From the human T2T-CHM13v2.0 reference genome, Homo sapiens: a stretch of DNA of 64,000 nucleotides. The DNA is taken from NCBI RefSeq assembly GCF_009914755.1, contig NC_060932.1; one strand, given 5' to 3'. The stretch's first letter is position 1, and every line of letters begins with the position of its first letter. Made by a program: the position numbers and the translations under genes. The notes under the pieces are model-generated. The model had not been told where the DNA came from. It ran no database searches and saw only the letters and a list, made by a program, of their open reading frames with translations. This document shows, piece after piece, positions 56,496 to 64,000 of the stretch.

Positions 56496-56903
56496 TCACA
56501 TTTGCATCTCCTAGCTAGAGATGCATCTCATGTTGCCTGCTATGCGCTTTGAAATAATATTTGACATTTTTATAAAACTTTATCTTGTAAGTAGCACAAT
56601 TGTGTATACTGCCCCTTTTTCTGTTAAAATTGTCAATTTTGGAAATATACACATGTACCATATGCCACAGTTGTAATCTTGTAATTCTTTTTTTTTTTAA
56701 TGCAGGAATAATCTCAAAAAAATAAAAAGTGGTCAAGGGCTCCCTTGACCTCTGAAAGGTCCAGACGAAGATGAACTAGTCTAATTTATTACAACCTTTC
56801 CCATCTAGGTAATGTTAAAATTCAATAAGCTGGGCTGGGCACGGTGGCTCATGCCTATAATCCCAGAACTTTAGGAGGCTGAGGCGGGCAGATCACAAGG
56901 TCA

Positions 56904-57447
<544 letters not shown>

Positions 57448-59481
57448 TCATCTCAAAACAAAACAAAACAAAAAGAACACCTTCATTTTCTCACATACCC
57501 CAAGTATTGTCTATCAAACTTTGTGCATTAAGTAGTAGTTTAGTTTATAATTTTATTCATCAGATGTATGCATAATTTGTCTAGTTTCTGGTAGTCATCA
57601 CGTAGTTTTCACTCATCCAACAAACATTTATTGAGCAACTACTATATATGCCAATTGGTGATAGAAAGATGAATAAATCAAAATTTACGGTCTGGTTGGG
57701 GGACAGACATATGAATAAATAATGAAAGTAAACAATATTAGAGGCACCCAAAGAGAGAATGAGCTCCTGGGGGAATCAGAGAAAACTTTCTGTTGGGGTT
57801 GATCTTGAAGTGAGTCCCTAACATATGAGCGGATATCTGCAAAAAATTACATTTTAGTCTGTTTAAGTATCCTTATTTCAGGTAAATGTGTGAATTCTAC
57901 TAGACTTTTTGAATTCTTAAAATAATGTACAAGCTCCTGTTTTCTTTCCATGGGAACCCCAGGAAGGCAACTATAGTCTCACGGGAGGTGGTAATGGTAG
58001 GTGGGCGTGAATTTCAGAAAGTGGGGAGCTGGGCTAAGAGAAATAGTGTATCATGGTCATCCAAGAGGATGGTCGGCTCTGCCAACTTTTATCCACTGCT
58101 TGGCAGATGCAAGCAGAACTTTGCGAGTAGAGCCCATTGCCAGAGCCCTGGGAGCCACACATTTCCTCGTTTCTTTTTTAAAAACCTTATAGTAAACAAA
58201 CAATCAACTAATGTTGATTTGATTTTCCAAGTATGTAGACTTTCCTACTGCTGAAAGTATGAGCTGACCTACTAATTGTATCATTCCAGTTAATTTTGCG
58301 TTTTCAATCCTCCCAAAATAATAAATAAGCCTTTTTGTATCAGTGTCCCTTGTTGGTTTGAGTCTCTTAACCAACTTGTCACAATCAATTCATAATAAAT
58401 TGGCAAAATAGAGTGTGTCGCCCAGGCTGGAGAACAAAGGCGCCATCTTGGCTCACTCCAACCTCCGCCTCCCCAGTTCAAGCAATTCCCCTGCCTCACC
58501 CTCCCCAGTAGCAGGCATTACAGGCACCCACCACCACACCTGGCTAATTTTTGTATTTTTAGTAGAGATGGGGTTTCTCCATGTTGGCCAGGCCTTGGTC
58601 TTCAACTCCTGACCTCAGCTAATCCACCCGTCTTGGCCTCCCAAAGTGCTGGGATTACAGGCATGAGCCACTGTGCCTGGCAGAGTGTGTTTCTTTCAAA
58701 TTGAAGACTATGGTATAGATCTGGACTGAAACAACCTGTCTTCTTCACTGCTCTTAACTGCCAAGTCTCTCCTTAAGTCTGGGCTTTCTTGTATTCATCC
58801 GATCCAACATATGTACCATTCGTATTCTGATGACTCTCAAATTTATTTATTTTTAACTTTTTTTTTTTTTTTTTTGAGACGGAGTCTCGCTCTGTTGCCC
58901 AGGCTGGAGTGCAGTGGCGCAATCTCGGCTCACTGCAAGCTCCACCTCCTGGGTTCACGCCATTCTCCTGCCTCAGCCTCCTGAGTAGCTGGGACTACAG
59001 GTGCCTGCTACCACGCCTGGCTAATTTTTTGTATTTTTAGTAGAGACGGGGTTTCACCGTGTTAGCCAGGATGGTCTTGGTCTCCTGACCTCGTGATCCG
59101 CCTGCCTCGGCCTCCCAAAGTGCTGGGATTACAGGCATGAGTCACCGCGCCCGGCCTTTTTTTTTTTTTTTTTTTTTTTTGAGACATGGTTTCACTCCAG
59201 TAGTCCAGGCTGGAATGCAGTGAAGCAATCTCACTCACTGCATCCTCGACCTCCTGGACTCAAGTGATCCTCCCACCTCAGACTCCCAAGTAGCTGAGAC
59301 TACAGGCTCCTGCCACCATGGCTGGCTAATTTTTTTTTTTTTTTTTTTTAGAGAGAGGGTTTCACCATATTGCTCAGGCTGGTCTTGAACTCCTGGGTTC
59401 AAGCGATCTGCCTGCCTCGGCTTCCCAAAGTGTTGGAATTACAGGCATAAGCCACGATGCCCGGCCTGACTCTCAAATTTA

Positions 59482-60960
<1,479 letters not shown>

Positions 60961-61978
60961 ACATTTTTTAAAAATAATATTTATTTTACTTTCTTTGGCT
61001 TTTTATTTTGGTGCTTGGAAATGAGCATTGATGTTGCTGGTTGTGCAGTCGACAGTTAGGGATTCACCTCTTAATGAATGGCAAACTCTTTGTAGATGTT
61101 AAAGTTGACTTTGGAAGGAAGATAAGTTGTACGGCACAGGCATGGTACTCTCCTGGGGAAAGGGGTTCTTCCCAGGCTCACAGCACTGTGCACCATGTAC
61201 AGAGCACACATTTTGGGGAAATGCCCTCATACTATGAATGAATTCAAAGTTAGTATGGGGTAGGATCTAAATCTTGTGATCTCTTTCTTCTAAAGGACTA
61301 CCCTTCATCAGGTTTTAAAAATTACTCCTATAATTTCTGCAGTATGAGTTTTTTCATTCTAGAATGTGAAAATACTGCCAACAATAATCTAAAGACAGCC
61401 CATATTCACAGCGACAAGAAGTTCAGTGTTGGCTATAGCTCGGTCATGCTATGGGCAGGAGGCCTTCTCTAAAGATAAGTCTGCTTTGTGTCAAGCATTT
61501 CAAGCATGACTTGCTTGTTTCATCTGCCCATTTACATTCCTTGTACCTAGAAATGAATGTGATAAAAGTTTTGGTGCCTACAGGAACTATATTTACCTAG
61601 TTCATGTTGGCTTCCCACTCAGAGGGAAGTTTGATTGCCTTCCTGCACTTGAGAAGTTTAGAGAATGTGCCAGTGAATGTGCACACTCACAAGGTGTGTG
61701 TGTGTATCAGTGTTAATACCCAACAATTGAGCCTACTATTTGCTTGGGCAAAGAACACCATTTTCTCTTGAGCCTCTAATATGTGTGAAATATTTTAAGA
61801 TTTCAATATTATGTACAAAGAACTAGTAGATGGTAAGAATTGTGAGAAAATATAACCATGAGAACACAAAGAGAGTACAGCAGATGAGTGGGCTACTTCC
61901 AAGACTGGTTCTGGGGGCAGAAAAGGAGACCAGACGAAGGACTCCAAAGAGCAGTTGAGATCCTGGTGGCCACTTTAA

Positions 61979-62275
<297 letters not shown>

Positions 62276-62533
62276 TGACCTCGTGATTCCCCCGCCTCAG
62301 CCTCCCAAAGTGCTGGGATTACAGGGGTGAGCCACCGCGCCCGGTGGTTTCTTCTCTTATGGAATTTAATGTCGTTGACGATTAGACGTGGCCATGCATT
62401 ACTCAATCTTGAATTGGGATCCCCAAAAAAGCTGGGCGAGTAACAAGGGCTCAATGAATGGATAAGTGATTGAGTTAATAAATACGTGATCAGTTCCAAA
62501 TGGGTAACATTTAGTTATATTTGGTGGAGATAA

Positions 62534-62887
<354 letters not shown>

Positions 62888-63599
62888 TAATTTTCAAAAT
62901 TTTTGTAGAAGTGGGGGTCTCGTTACGTTGCCCCGGCTAGTCTCAAACTCCTGGCCTCAAGCGATCCTCCTGCTTTGGCCTCCCAAAACGCTGGGATTAC
63001 TGGCGTGAACTACCATACTCTGCCCTTTATTCTTACAGAGATTTTGAGGTCTAAGAATGTGGACTTTAAAGATTTCATTATCAGATTATGCATTTAGCAC
63101 GGAATGACAATCTGACAGCCGTGTACAGCGTAAACCGGCGGAGAGGGCTTGGCACTAAAGGCAAACTGTCTTTTAAGAACAGGAAAAAGAAAGGTAATAT
63201 ATATTTTAAGGAGGTCCCATTTTAGGGGAGATAATAAGCTTGGGTTAGGCGTCCGAAGTCAGAAGATATAGTAAGAAACACACACGCAAACTCCAGCAGC
63301 CACCAGCTAGACTTGAGTAGAGAGAGCAGGTCCAAGTGGAGGTGGAAGTTGGAAAGTTGCATCTGCCAGGCAGGGCGAAAGTGGCCTACACCCACTCCTG
63401 GAGCACCCTGCTTGACGAGCAAGGTAGACGAGGCTGAGGGATACTGCTGGTGATGACGGTGGTTGTGGTGATGGTGCTGGTAGCTAACAGATCTTGAGCG
63501 TACCAGGCCCTGAGCTGAGTCCTCTAACGGGCAGAATGTCGCTGCATACGGACAGCAGCCTCAAGAGGACAAGGTGATTTAGTGACTCTAGCCTCTTCC

Positions 63600-64000
63600 C
63601 GCGGTGCCAGCCTGATTTCACCCTCTCCGGAACACACATGCGAACCTCCGGGGAGGGAGCCAGTATCGGGTCCTAACGCAGGGAAGCGCTCCGCTTTCTG
63701 AGAGGGACGCGCCAGCGGAGGGACAGCCAGGGCCCGGCCTCTCCTGCTCCTGCCCCGCCCCGCCCCCGGCAGTGCCCCCTAGTCCGCCAGAGGGCGACTC
63801 CGCGGGTCGCCCAACCCGCGACCGGTCCACGCGGCACCCGCCTCTCCCTAGGCCCCCGCCCTGCCGGCCCGCGCGCGCCCGACGGGAGCGTGCGGGGCGG
63901 TGGGCGCAGGGTCACGTTGGGCGGCGCAGACAAAGGCGGGCGCGCGCACGTCCTGACGCAGCTTGGGCCCGCGGCGGCGGCAAGGGCGGGAGGGAGCGGT
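63600..64000. promoter_or_regulatory. CpG-island promoter at window end, probably GPAT4 (AGPAT6) by gene order
   Basis: Very high GC/CpG, with tandem GC boxes CCCCGCCCCGCCCC ~63753-63767. The gene identity rests only on recalled GOLGA7-GINS4-GPAT4 order; no coding exon is in the window. Confidence 0.75.

Overview
Alu-dense primate genomic DNA, apparently human (it carries an AluYb8-type insertion). It contains the complete GINS4 (SLD5) gene on the + strand: a non-coding exon 1 in a CpG-island promoter and 7 coding exons that join to 672 nt / 223 aa, followed by a long Alu-containing 3'UTR. The window ends in a second CpG island, probably the GPAT4 promoter by recalled 8p11.21 gene order. Most ORF-track entries are Alu artefacts. 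The main discovery is at ~52.5-53.9 kb, where a CpG-rich island hides a decayed, apparently intron-containing PPP1R3C/B-like gene (PP1 glycogen-targeting subunit). Its PP1-docking motif (KKQVVFADAKGLSL) and CBM21 glycogen-binding domain are split over three frames, with candidate promoter, splice and poly(A) signals, so it is a candidate unitary pseudogene. A 100-bp copy of its PP1-docking segment sits 2 kb upstream. Other observations: two orphan TSD-flanked retro-inserts inside GINS4, repeated Alu insertion at the GINS4 stop codon, an AluS>MLT2A>AluYb8 nest with a palindromic VNTR, and small template-switch inversions. Repeat family names are from recalled consensus sequences, and repeat boundaries are approximate.
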